From an uncultured Chlamydiae bacterium (GTDB lineage: Bacteria > Chlamydiota > Chlamydiia > Chlamydiales > SM23-39): a DNA stretch of 42,302 nucleotides. A program made the position numbers and the translations under genes. Under the pieces are notes generated by a model. That model was not told where the DNA came from. It saw only the letters and a list, made by a program, of their open reading frames with translations, and did no database searches. Below are positions 8,727-18,754 of this stretch, in pieces. The number at the start of each line of letters is the position of its first letter. Position 1 is the first letter of the stretch. The stretch covers positions 1 through 42,302 of the forward strand of contig CALBPE010000053.1 in the NCBI GenBank assembly GCA_937899275.1. Direction: 5' to 3'.

Positions 8727-9991
8727 AAAGGTAAGGATCGAGTGATATGTGCATTTTTCGTTGCAATGATGATTCCTTCACGTATGTACACATCTTTGCT
8801 GTCAAACGACTCTTTCAGTGATGCGTTTTGTAAAGATACACCATCTTCTATGCACACATGTTCGTCAATAATTGCGTTTTCAATCAAGCAATTTTTCCCA
8901 ATAGTTGCGATCAAAGGCTGTTCTTGTGCTAGATGCGATGAGGGCTGTACGCCCATGATGATGCTATTTTTTATAATCGTTCCTTCACCGATATGTACTT
9001 TCGGTCCAATAATAGAATGGATGAGTTTTTCTCCTTGAATCACACATCCATCAGATAACATGCTTTGATGTACTGTGGTATTTTCTACTATAGGGCCTGG
9101 TAAATAGCTTGTACTGGAAAAAATGGGGTGTTTTTCATCATAAGCATATAGGCTTTTTTCTCCTCGGAGAAAGGCTAAGTTCGCTTCGTAAAAAGAGCGG
9201 ATTGTTCCAATATCTTCCCAGTATCCTTCGTAGATATAAGCGTATGTTTTGCCTTGAGTAATCTCTTTTGGAATTAAATGTTTGCCAAAATCTTCCCTAT
9301 CATCTTCTAAAAGAAGCTTTTCTAAAGCGTTTCTCTTGAAAATATAGATCCCCATCGAGGCTAAAAACACCTCTTCTTGCATGCAGCCAAGCATATCTTT
9401 ATAACGTTTAGGTAGAATAAAGCCGTTTAACTCTTCTTTTTTCTCCGGCTTTTCTATGAAATGGAGCACTTTTGCTGCAGCATCTATCTCTAAAATTCCC
9501 AAACGATGGGCAGACTCTTTTTGTACAGGTAAAGAAGCAATCGTTAAATCGGCATCTGTTTTTTGCGCAAAGAGAAACATCTCTTGAAAATCGATATTAT
9601 ATAGTTGATCTCCAGATAAAATCAGGAAATACTCGGCTCCTGTTGCAAGAAGTGTGGAAAGATTTTTCCTAACAGCATCCGCTGTTCCTTCAAACCAGAT
9701 TTTTTCTCCTCCAGTAGTTTCTTGCGGTGTAAGGAAATTGACCTGCCCATCTAATAAAGGACCAAAATGGTAGGTTTGATGGATATGATGCTGCAACTCT
9801 GCGGTTAAAAACTGCGCAATCACAAAGATTTCACGCATATTAGAGTTGATTGAATTGGATAGAGGGATATCGATCAATCGGTATTTTCCCGCAAAGGGAA
9901 CAGCGGGTTTTGCATGATGATTGGTTAAAGGAAACAGCCTTGTTCCTTTACCTCCTGCCAAAATAACCGACGCAATCGTTCTACCCGACAT
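8723..9991 (-). CDS. glgC: Glucose-1-phosphate adenylyltransferase
   Basis: ILAGGKGTRLFPLT, KPAVPFAGKYRLID, WFEGTADAVR, LSGDQLY, YWEDIGT and a C-terminal beta-helix. Start placed at MSGRTIAS (ORF track gives 10021). Confidence 0.97.
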   Translation of the reverse strand: MSGRTIASVILAGGKGTRLFPLTNHHAKPAVPFAGKYRLIDIPLSNSINSNMREIFVIAQFLTAELQHHIHQTYHFGPLLDGQVNFLTPQETTGGEKIWFEGTADAVRKNLSTLLATGAEYFLILSGDQLYNIDFQEMFLFAQKTDADLTIASLPVQKESAHRLGILEIDAAAKVLHFIEKPEKKEELNGFILPKRYKDMLGCMQEEVFLASMGIYIFKRNALEKLLLEDDREDFGKHLIPKEITQGKTYAYIYEGYWEDIGTIRSFYEANLAFLRGEKSLYAYDEKHPIFSSTSYLPGPIVENTTVHQSMLSDGCVIQGEKLIHSIIGPKVHIGEGTIIKNSIIMGVQPSSHLAQEQPLIATIGKNCLIENAIIDEHVCIEDGVSLQNASLKESFDSKDVYIREGIIIATKNAHITRSLPL

Positions 9992-10020
9992 GCAGAAATA
10001 TCCCCCTTTATTCTGCAACA

Positions 10021-10031
10021 TAAGGATTCTA
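10021..10031. repeat. TAAGGATTCTA copy 1 (part of the tandem AGGATTCT x2 at 10023-10038)
   Basis: Identical to 13409-13419; the two copies bracket the large interrupted ORF. Confidence 0.6.
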
Positions 10032-10062
10032 GGATTCTAGATCAACCAGAATGGGGAAATTT

Positions 10063-13000
10063 CTACCACTGGCGGGGAAAGCTTTCGCTTCTTGTTCTTG
10101 AAGAAGAGCGAGATCGGAATCTGCGATTTCTCTTTTCATCGTCTTTTGTATCACGCTCTAATTGCTTTCTTAGGTTCTCCTCACCGGCTAAGTACTTTTC
10201 TAGATCTTCGCGATAATACTTTTCGAAAGCGCTTACTTCTTTGCCAAAACGAATTGTCTGTAATTCCTTTATACCGAAACGAGGAAAGTACAGCGTTGTA
10301 GAAACGTTTTTATTTTGAGGCTTGAAGTGTTTACGAGTCTCTTTTGTTGAAAATACAAACGTAAATCCGGTATCAGGGATACTCTTTTCAGAGTTAACTG
10401 CTGTGGTAAAGTCTGTGATATTAGACGAACCTCCTTCAGGGTCGAGCTTATATCTGTCTGTAGAAGATAGCTGATTTATTTCTTCACTTAAGTTGTGGTC
10501 TTATCAAACCTCTCCTTCACGCGATATGAAAACTCCTTCTTTTTGTATCTTTTTTGATAAGTTTTCTATTGGGTAAATATCACCCTTTGTATCTATGAAA
10601 AAGGGATTCATCCAGGTTTTAATCTGGTGAAATTTTAGAGTGGTAATATTCCTTTTTCGACCGCGGTTCTCTTTTTCATCAGGTAGGTTTGCCAATGCTA
10701 AGTTTTGTAAAAGATGAACTGCAAAGTCGACATTAAGGGTTTTGTTTTGTTCATCAAGAAAATGGATAGTTTGATCCTTATTTGGAACAATCCAATCGCC
10801 GTTGTAAAGTATAACACGTAATTTTTCAACCTGATTATCTGGTAAAGGAATTAAACATCCCGAATGAGGATCATAAAAATGGGAACGTTTTTTATAAGGA
10901 ATCTCGTCGCCGGGAGTAATAATATTCTGAACATTAATCGTACTTTTAGAATTGTAAACTCTCCCCACGAAGAATACTTGTACGCTTTTTTGTAAATCTG
11001 CACTTTTCCCTTCTGTTGATGAAATATCGCGTGCGGAGGTTGAAAGCCCTTGTAGAAAATTTGCGAAAGATATCGTCCGGTGTTTTGGAATTTTAGCTAT
11101 TTGTTTACCTGGTTGATAGTAACTAGGAGGTGTTTTTTGTCTATCTGGGCTATAAAAAATTCCTAAAGGAATTTTAGGCTTCTTCTTGTGCAAAGGAACA
11201 ATCAAATTATGTGTGGGATCTATGAACAGATTCTTTTCTCCTATCTGGCGCTCTTTATCTACCTCTTCTTGTTTTTCAGCATAGAAAATAGAGCCGTCTG
11301 CTTTTAAGAAGACAGAAGCAGATGTCATCTTATGGAGACTGTAAATTTTTGATGTATGGAAAGATCTGTTGCCTGCCGCTATTAGAAACAAACCGTTTTT
11401 TTCCTTTTTTAATGCTCGGAATCCGATGGAATTTTTATTTTCACTTGCTATAAAGCAGTTTCCATTGTAGTAGAAAAGGCTGTTATCCACAGCTTTTACA
11501 GGAAATAAAAGTCCGTTCTCTGCATCGTAAACACTTGAGGAGGTATAAGCTGATAAATTGTCTTTAACTACTATGCTTTTTCTGAGCGCTGTATACTCAA
11601 AAGAGGACGGCGTCATATGCACTTGTTCAAGTGTATCCTGAGCTTTTCCTTTATTTCTTGCTTTTTCTAATATGCTTTGCCAAAGATTGCCTTTCCTTCG
11701 TATTTTAAACCGGGCAGGTAATGTACATACATATGTTGTTGAAAAGAACACAGTTCCACCGCTTATTACATAAGGAGCGTCGTTTCCTGGTATAGTTGGT
11801 ATGGCTATTTCTCCATCATTTTTTTGATGTACAAAATAGGGAGCCTCGCTTGAGCTAAGAATCTTTGGTCCTGTAGAGCTGCGAAGATCTACGCTACTTT
11901 TTTGGGCCTTATAATCCTCTTGCGTTTGTTGTGTAAGGCAGTCGGAATATCTATACTTTGCGCTAGACTGTGGGTATATTAAGGGAGCTAATTTATCGAC
12001 TGTACATGAAGATGCAATGTGGAAGAATAGATTTTGTAGATTTTTTCTAGCCTTATTTTGACGCATATTTTCAGTTTGTCGCAGTGATTGGATGTTTTCT
12101 ACAATGCCTATGAATTGACGAAATGCATGTACGGTAGCTTCTAGATTTACTGTTAGCGTGGTATCTTTTTCTTTTTCCAACTCTGTTATTAATGATTCTT
12201 TGTAACTTTCTATCAGTTGTTTGCATTTCTGAAGGGGCGCTTGTAACGCCTGCTACGCAATCGTTATTTCTTTGCAAATCTCTTGCAGTTGCTTTGGCGG
12301 TGGCTCATTTTGTGGAATCTCTATCCATCGCCTTTTAGGATCAATATGTTTTTTTAAAGCTTTGTATATCGTGTCGAGCTTTTGTCGGTAATAAGAACTG
12401 GTCGTCTGTTCTTTAGACTCTTGGGCGCAGTCTGTAATGCTTTTAGACAATGCTTGTATATATGTTTTTTGTTGATCTAAATATTTTCGTACTTCTTCCC
12501 ATGTATCTGATGCTGTGGAGTCTTCGGGTGTGTCAATAGCGGATTGTGTTACGGACAAAATTTGTGTATTTAACATGCTCCATGTAGATGGGTCTAGTTT
12601 GTCCAGCTGCTTTTTTAAACTATTTATGAATTCATACTCTAGATGCAGTATACTTTCGATTAGTACCGGATTGTTTAATAGGTACAATTCTCTATTTACC
12701 CTGCAAAAAAGTCTAGGAAAGTGGTGTTGTGTCTGCTGAAAGAAAGGGTGTTCGTACATCTTCATCCACTGCTGTTCAGCTGATTTCGATTCGTCAAGGG
12801 GGTATACGCATGGTTGAAATACTTGAGCAGGTGGGTTTGTACAGAGAGGTCCGAAAATTAGCTCTTTTGGTTTAGAAGAATGGTTAGCTTTTTTCGCGTT
12901 TATCTTCTTCCAATCGAGTTGAGCAGCTAAAGAGATAGTAGATGTGGCTGTGAAGCTTGTCTGAGCAGTGTTTTTTGTAGCAACGGAACCACTGTCTGCA

Positions 13001-13392
13001 TATCTAACTGAGGTAGGCGAGTCACGATGAGCTTCTAGAAACGGATAGCTATTTCTGAAATAGACCTTGAGAGCAAGCATGATAATAGGAATAAACAGAA
13101 GTAGAGGATAAACGATGCTTATGACTTTTGTGGTGAGCTTAACGAGGTACTCTAAGCAAGAAACGGGGCTTTTTCCCGGTGTTAATTCATTCAATTTTCT
13201 AGTTCGAAGGGGCTTATTAATGCAAAGTATGTCCTGTGAATACTGAAAGTAACGCTCTGCTATGTAACACAGTTTAAATAAGCACCATTCGAATATACTG
13301 CGAGGCTTGGGCGCTTTAGGGGCGTTGGGGTCGGGAAGAACTGGACTAAAAAAAGGTACAGTTGGAAGTTGGTTAAGCCCTGAAATATTCAT
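10063..13392 (-). pseudogene. Large (~1100 codon) effector-like gene in a single frame, interrupted by TAG (12253-12255) and TGA-TAA (10501-10506); N-terminus resembles the chlamydial DUF648 domain
   Basis: ORFs 12253-13401 and 10504-12180 share a frame, with 24 sense codons between the TAG and the next TTG. After TGA-TAA the frame stays open for 145 codons to TAG at 10063. N-terminus MNISGLNQLP...ERYF...KVISIVYPLLLFIPIIMLALKVYFR. Could be a pseudogene, split genes or assembly error. Confidence 0.6.
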
Positions 13393-13408
13393 AAAATCCA
13401 ATTTTAAT

Positions 13409-13419
13409 TAAGGATTCTA
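13409..13419. repeat. TAAGGATTCTA copy 2
   Basis: Identical to 10021-10031; contains the minus-strand TAGAAT -10 box. Confidence 0.6.
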
Positions 13420-13442
13420 AAAACATTTTTCTAACGAATCAA
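13414..13442 (-). promoter_or_regulatory. Sigma66/sigma70-type promoter for the large effector-like gene
   Basis: Minus strand TTGATT (13442-13437), 17-nt spacer, TAGAAT (13419-13414), 21 nt upstream of ATG 13392. Confidence 0.6.
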
Positions 13443-14365
13443 TAAAAATTTGTATTTTTTTTCGATAATAGAGCGTGGACTTCTTTTGCGTTGAGGCTAG
13501 ATCGGACAAAAGGTCCTGCGTAAACGTAGAGAAGTCCAATCGATTTTCCGTAATCTTCGTAGCGGTCGAACATAGATGGGGGGATAAACTGTTTTACTCG
13601 GATTTTTTTTCTGCTGGCTTGTAAATACTGCCCGATGGTAACTACGGTAACGCCTACTTCCTTCATGTCGCGCATTGTTTTTAACACCTCTTCTGGCGAC
13701 TCACCGAGACCTAACATAAGGCCTGATTTGATGTATTTTGCTTTGTACATATGGGACGCTTTTTTAAGCAGGTCGAGGCTGCGTTTGTAACTTGCTTTAT
13801 GTCGTATTTTAGGAGAAAGGCGCTCTACAGTTTCTACATTGTGGTTGAAGATTTCTGGTTTTTCATTGAGAACGGTTTTTAGCGCATCGGCATTTCCAGA
13901 AAAATCAGACGTGAGGATTTCTAGGGTTGCCTTTGGATTGTGCTCGCGCACTTTTCGCATAATCTGCACGAGTTGATCTGCCCCCCCATCGTCTAGATCA
14001 TCTCTTGCTACCATAGTGATCACTATATGTTTTAAACCCAGTTCTTTAGCAGATAATGCAATACGAAGAGGTTCATCTTTTTCTAAAGCTTTTGGAGTTT
14101 TAGTAAAGTCGATATCGCAAAAAGCGCAGCTTCTAGTACAAGATTTGCCCAGAGCTAAAAAAGTAGCTGTTTTTTTTGCGTAACAGCTAAAGCGATTGGG
14201 GCATTTCGCCTCTTCACAGACGGTATTGATTTGGTATTTTTTTACAATCGAGCCTGTTTTATAAAGCTGGCCTCCTTTCGGAAGAGATCTTCTAAGCCAG
14301 GCAGGAAAGGTGGGTTTTTTCGGCTCGTTTTCTACAACGTGTAATGGGTTTTTTTTCAGAGTCAT
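13439..14365 (-). CDS. lipA: Lipoyl synthase
   Basis: CEEAKCPNRFSC auxiliary-cluster motif, CTRSCAFC radical SAM motif, C-terminal VRSS. Confidence 0.97.
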   Translation of the reverse strand: MTLKKNPLHVVENEPKKPTFPAWLRRSLPKGGQLYKTGSIVKKYQINTVCEEAKCPNRFSCYAKKTATFLALGKSCTRSCAFCDIDFTKTPKALEKDEPLRIALSAKELGLKHIVITMVARDDLDDGGADQLVQIMRKVREHNPKATLEILTSDFSGNADALKTVLNEKPEIFNHNVETVERLSPKIRHKASYKRSLDLLKKASHMYKAKYIKSGLMLGLGESPEEVLKTMRDMKEVGVTVVTIGQYLQASRKKIRVKQFIPPSMFDRYEDYGKSIGLLYVYAGPFVRSSLNAKEVHALLSKKNTNFY

Positions 14366-14374
14366 CCAAGAAGT

Positions 14375-15778
14375 CTACTTTTTTGGGGGAAAATTGACGG
14401 GGAGGTTTTTTGCAATTAGCGCAGCTTCTAACCAGACTTCAGCAAGGCTTGGGTGAGCATGTATCGTATCTATGATGCAGTCTAAAGTCAGTTCATTTTT
14501 GATGGCTAAAGCAATTTCTGCGATGAGATTTGCCGAATCGTAACCGATCGACTGCGCGCCTAATACAGCGCCTGTTTTTGCATCGGCAATAATTTCTGCA
14601 AATCCTTCTGTTTCTGTAAGGGTAATGGATTTGCCGAGAGCGCTATAGGGATATCTTCCAGAAATGACGTTGTAACCTTTTTCTAAAGCCTCTTCTTTAG
14701 AAAGGCCGACTACTCCAATTTCTGGGTAGGTGTAGACTACAGCTGGAATCACATGGTACTCCATTTTGGCAGGCAGATTGGATATATGATCTGCTGCAAC
14801 AAGCGCTTGATGTGAAGCTACATGAGCTAGCATCCCTTTTGCTGTAACGTCTCCTACTGCATAAATGCCGTCTACAGACGTTTGCATATGATCATCTACC
14901 AGAATTTCTCCTCTCGGCCCCGTCATAACTCCTGATTTTTCTAGTCCGATACTTTGCGATAAAACAGAGCGTCCCACAGCTACAAGTGCGTATTCTGCTT
15001 GGAGGGATTTTCCTCCTTTGAGATGGACAGTTACTCCTGTTTTTTCTGTAGTAATTGAGCTGACTGCAGTAGAACAGTGGATTTGTATATTTTCTCTCAA
15101 AAAATAGGCTTGTAGCTCAGAGGCTACATTTTGGGGCAGACCTGGTAAAATATGGTCCATCATCTCAATGATGGTGACGTCAACGCCCATTTCCCGAAAT
15201 AATGAGGAGAACTCACAGCCGATGTAGCCTCCTCCTATAATAATCAGGTTTTTCGGCAGTTTTTGCAGCTGCAACATCGACGTAGAGTCTAAAATCCGTT
15301 GATGGTCGCAGGGAAAAGCGGCAATATCTGTTGGTTTTGATCCAGAGGCGATGATGGTATGTTCTGTAGAGATAAGCGCTGCATCTTTACCAAGTACTTT
15401 GATTTCGTTGGGCGCAGTAAAAGATCCTCTTCCTTGAAAGATAGTAATCTGATTTTTTTTGATGAGCGTTGCAAGCGATTTTCGCATATCCTGAATAATC
15501 CGGTCTTTTCTTCCGACCATTGCACCAAAGTCAAACGAGGCAATATCTGCTTTAATCGCATATTTACTTGCTTCTTTGATATGCCTTAGCCTACTTGCTC
15601 CAGCAACAAAAGCTTTTGTAGGGATGCATCCTACGTTAAGACAAACGCCTCCAAGCTCTTTTTCTTCAATCAGAGCGGTTTTTTTTCCACGCTGCGCTGC
15701 CCGGATTGCTGCTGTATATCCTCCAGGACCTGCTCCAATTACAACTACATCAAAAACCTTTTTTTCCATGAATACCAC
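14375..15778 (-). CDS. lpdA: Dihydrolipoyl dehydrogenase
   Basis: GAGPGG FAD motif, GGVCLNVGCIP redox disulfide, GGGYIG NAD motif, HAHPSLAE. Confidence 0.97.
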   Translation of the reverse strand: MVFMEKKVFDVVVIGAGPGGYTAAIRAAQRGKKTALIEEKELGGVCLNVGCIPTKAFVAGASRLRHIKEASKYAIKADIASFDFGAMVGRKDRIIQDMRKSLATLIKKNQITIFQGRGSFTAPNEIKVLGKDAALISTEHTIIASGSKPTDIAAFPCDHQRILDSTSMLQLQKLPKNLIIIGGGYIGCEFSSLFREMGVDVTIIEMMDHILPGLPQNVASELQAYFLRENIQIHCSTAVSSITTEKTGVTVHLKGGKSLQAEYALVAVGRSVLSQSIGLEKSGVMTGPRGEILVDDHMQTSVDGIYAVGDVTAKGMLAHVASHQALVAADHISNLPAKMEYHVIPAVVYTYPEIGVVGLSKEEALEKGYNVISGRYPYSALGKSITLTETEGFAEIIADAKTGAVLGAQSIGYDSANLIAEIALAIKNELTLDCIIDTIHAHPSLAEVWLEAALIAKNLPVNFPPKK

Positions 15779-15897
15779 CTAAATGCAATTGTAGCCGATG
15801 GATTTTTTTAAATCTATACGCGGGCTTTTTGCCTACTTCGCTTTTGTAAAAAAAATCGAAATGCGTCTACACTATCGAGTAGAGAAAAGGTATCGGT

Positions 15898-16329
15898 ATG
15901 ACCACAAAAAAACGGCAAAAGCTCTGTCAAAATTGCGAGGGAGAAGTCGACTTTGATGTAATTTTTTGCCCATTTTGTGGACATGACTTATTAGAAGAAA
16001 AAGATCAGGATCTTTTATCCCGATCAGAAGAGTCCATAAAGGCTCTTTCTCCTCAAGAATCTGTCGCTTCTCTATACCCTCCTCCTTATGGCGCTTCTTC
16101 TGTAGAAGAGGAGCCTGTAGTAGAAAAAACAAACGACAGCTTGTTTTTACCTCTTTTGCTGTTATCTCTATCAGGTTGGTTTTTTAGCTTAAGTCTTCTT
16201 TTATTTGTATTTTCTGATGGAGGTAAGCTGGTTTTGCAGTTTGATGCAACCATGTGGTTTTTCTATTTGATTGCTTCTCTTTTTCTAGGTTTTTTTGGTT
16301 GGAAGACGCTTTACAAAGAGGGAGATTGA
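15898..16329 (+). CDS. Zinc-ribbon membrane protein (chlamydial hypothetical divergent from lpdA)
   Basis: CQNC...CPFC at the N-terminus, SLYPPPY motif, two C-terminal TM helices. Confidence 0.8.
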   Translation: MTTKKRQKLCQNCEGEVDFDVIFCPFCGHDLLEEKDQDLLSRSEESIKALSPQESVASLYPPPYGASSVEEEPVVEKTNDSLFLPLLLLSLSGWFFSLSLLLFVFSDGGKLVLQFDATMWFFYLIASLFLGFFGWKTLYKEGD

Positions 16330-16336
16330 TGTTTGA

Positions 16337-17293
16337 TTATCCTGCACATGGGAAGATGGGGACTTTACTAGCCGATCCTGGTATTTCTTTTACGTATGTG
16401 GGAACAGCGTAGCCAGGCAAATGCTCTCGCAGCTTTTCAATAAGATGTGTACCTACGTTTTCTGTAACGAAAAACCGCTCACTTCCTTCTACAGGATCTA
16501 AATGGTGTAGGTAATAAGGTACTATCCCTGCATCGCTTAACTGAGTATATAAAGAAAACAAAGTAGAAAAGGCGTCGTTTACTCCTTTGAGTAGTACAGA
16601 CTGGGTGAAAACAGGTATACCTAGCCTTTGGATAAGAAGGAGTTTTTCTCTAAGATCTTCCCCCCACTCTAAGGGGTGGTTGATGTGCAGTACAAATACT
16701 ACCTGTTTTATAGATCGTGCAAAAATGCTGCAGAGTTTTCGGGAAATTCTACTCGGAAACCCTATCGGAAATCTCGTATGGATCCGGATTTTTTTCACAT
16801 GGGAGATCTTGTGTAGATGAGAAAATATCTGATCTAATCTGCTATCGCTAGCCGACAAAGGATCACCGCCACTTAAAATCACCTCTTGAATAGAAGGGTT
16901 TGCTGCGATGTAGGCAAATTCTTCAGAAAAATCCTCCACTTCTTTTTCGTAGGGAAAATTTTGCCGAAAGCAGTATCTACAGTGCATAGCGCAGTTTGCG
17001 CTGACCAGAAGAAGCGCTCTACCAAAGTATTTATGCAGCAGCTTTTTTTTCGGGGAACATAAGGCTTCTTGCAAAGGCTCTTTTGAAAAACTCACGGGTA
17101 AAGAAGGGCGCTTTTGCAGCGGCACAAACTGGAGAAATAAAGGGTCTTCTAGGCAGTTTTTCCTCATTTTTTCTGCTAGGCGAAAAGGAACATTGAGCCG
17201 AAAAGGGTGGGCTTTTTCTACTAAAGCCCGGTTTTCCTCAGAAAGCTCTAAAAACTGACTTAGCTTTTTTATGCAAGAAAAGGTGCTGTTCAT
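16337..17293 (-). CDS. epmB: KamA-family radical SAM lysine 2,3-aminomutase, EF-P beta-lysylation type
   Basis: LLHKYFGRALL, CAMHCRYCFRQNFPY, LSGGDPL, RIHTRFP, HINHP, PYYLHHLD, C-terminal PGSASKVP; short EpmB-like length. Confidence 0.85.
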   Translation of the reverse strand: MNSTFSCIKKLSQFLELSEENRALVEKAHPFRLNVPFRLAEKMRKNCLEDPLFLQFVPLQKRPSLPVSFSKEPLQEALCSPKKKLLHKYFGRALLLVSANCAMHCRYCFRQNFPYEKEVEDFSEEFAYIAANPSIQEVILSGGDPLSASDSRLDQIFSHLHKISHVKKIRIHTRFPIGFPSRISRKLCSIFARSIKQVVFVLHINHPLEWGEDLREKLLLIQRLGIPVFTQSVLLKGVNDAFSTLFSLYTQLSDAGIVPYYLHHLDPVEGSERFFVTENVGTHLIEKLREHLPGYAVPTYVKEIPGSASKVPIFPCAG

Positions 17294-17323
17294 GGAACGA
17301 ATATAGCAAAAAGCAGGCTTTAT

Positions 17324-18688
17324 TCATAGGGAGGCTACTACAGGCTCTTTTTCTTCAACTGTAACTCTTTTAATATCCGCGCCAAGCGATTGTAAATTTT
17401 GATCAATATCTTGATAGCCTCTATCTAAATAATCGACGTTTTTAATTTCAGATATGTCTTCTGCAATCAACGCTGCCATGACGTAAGCAAAGCCTGCTCG
17501 AAGGTCAGGAACAGCAATTTGTTTACCATGTAAAGGAGTTTTACCTTTTACAATTAAGCTATGTGGATGGTTCGAAAGCGCAAATCTACAGGGAGAAGGT
17601 CCAAGGCATTGGTGGAAAAGATGCACATCTGCGCCCATTTCACGAAGGATGTAGGTGTAGCCAAATCGATTTTCATAGACCGTTTCATGGATCACAGAAA
17701 CCCCTTCTACTTGCGTTAGAAGAACGCAAAAGGGCTGCTGCCAGTCGGTCATGAACCCAGGATGCACGTCTGTTTCAATATGCACGTTTCCCTTGAGCTC
17801 TTTTTCGTAGAAAAATGCAATCCCATTTTCTTCAATTGAGTAGCCGCCTCCCACTTGTCTTAAGGGGTTTAAAAAAGAAACTAGCATATGTTGAAGGGCT
17901 CCTTCAATAAAGACATGTCCCTTTGTTGCAACGGCGGCAAGGGCGTAAGAAGCGATTTCATTGCGATCGGGCATGATCGTATGAGTCGCTTCGAAAAACT
18001 CTTTTGTTTCTTCTATTTTTATCGAGCGGTCAGGCTGTATTGCTACGCTTACTCCCATTTTTTGCATAAACAAAATGATGTCTAAGACTTCTGGTTCAAG
18101 GGCTGCATTTTTGATGATTGTGGTGCCCTTTGCTTTTGCTGCAGCAAAAAGGATGTTTTCTGTTGCGCCTACAGAGGGATAGGAAAGGGTGATGATAGCG
18201 CCTTTAAGGCCGTTATGGGCTCTTGCAAAATAGGCCCCTTCTTGTTTCATCTCCCGGTATTCAATCGATGCCCCGAGTTTTTCTAATGCTTGAATATGAA
18301 AATCTACAGGGCGCTTTCCTAAATCATCGCCTCCCAAAGTAGGTACAATAATATCGTGATCGGTTCTACCAAGTAGAGCTCCAATCATCAGAATCGGGAT
18401 GCGGTTTGCTCCAGAAAAGCGCTGGGGCACATACGTTGTTCGCAACTCTTTTGTCTCTACTTCAATGATTTGGTTTTCTTTATCCCAAGAAATGTTCATA
18501 CCAATTTCTTTGCAGAGATTTACTGTGATGGATACATCGCCTATATTAGGTACATTTTTAAAGACGCATTTTTTATCAGAAAGAAGAGAGGCTACTAATA
18601 GTTTTGTAGTCGCATTTTTTGCACCGCTTGCTCTAATAGAGCCCTTCAGAGGTTTTCCTCCTTGGATTTTCAGTAATTCTGCTGACAT
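17324..18688 (-). CDS. murA: UDP-N-acetylglucosamine 1-carboxyvinyltransferase
   Basis: SGAKNA, GGDDLGKRPVD, SVGATEN, HPGFMTDWQQ, HETVYENRF, DLRAG, DRGY. Confidence 0.97.
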   Translation of the reverse strand: MSAELLKIQGGKPLKGSIRASGAKNATTKLLVASLLSDKKCVFKNVPNIGDVSITVNLCKEIGMNISWDKENQIIEVETKELRTTYVPQRFSGANRIPILMIGALLGRTDHDIIVPTLGGDDLGKRPVDFHIQALEKLGASIEYREMKQEGAYFARAHNGLKGAIITLSYPSVGATENILFAAAKAKGTTIIKNAALEPEVLDIILFMQKMGVSVAIQPDRSIKIEETKEFFEATHTIMPDRNEIASYALAAVATKGHVFIEGALQHMLVSFLNPLRQVGGGYSIEENGIAFFYEKELKGNVHIETDVHPGFMTDWQQPFCVLLTQVEGVSVIHETVYENRFGYTYILREMGADVHLFHQCLGPSPCRFALSNHPHSLIVKGKTPLHGKQIAVPDLRAGFAYVMAALIAEDISEIKNVDYLDRGYQDIDQNLQSLGADIKRVTVEEKEPVVASL

Positions 18689-18754
18689 AATTTTTAGTAC
18701 CCTCTATTTGCTGCTATCATGTATATCGAAATAAAAAAAGAATTGCCATAAGCT

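Noticed and set aside
10092..10301. 69-aa plus-strand ORF
   Set aside because: Antisense to the longer open tail of the effector-like frame; TTG start and no recognisable features.
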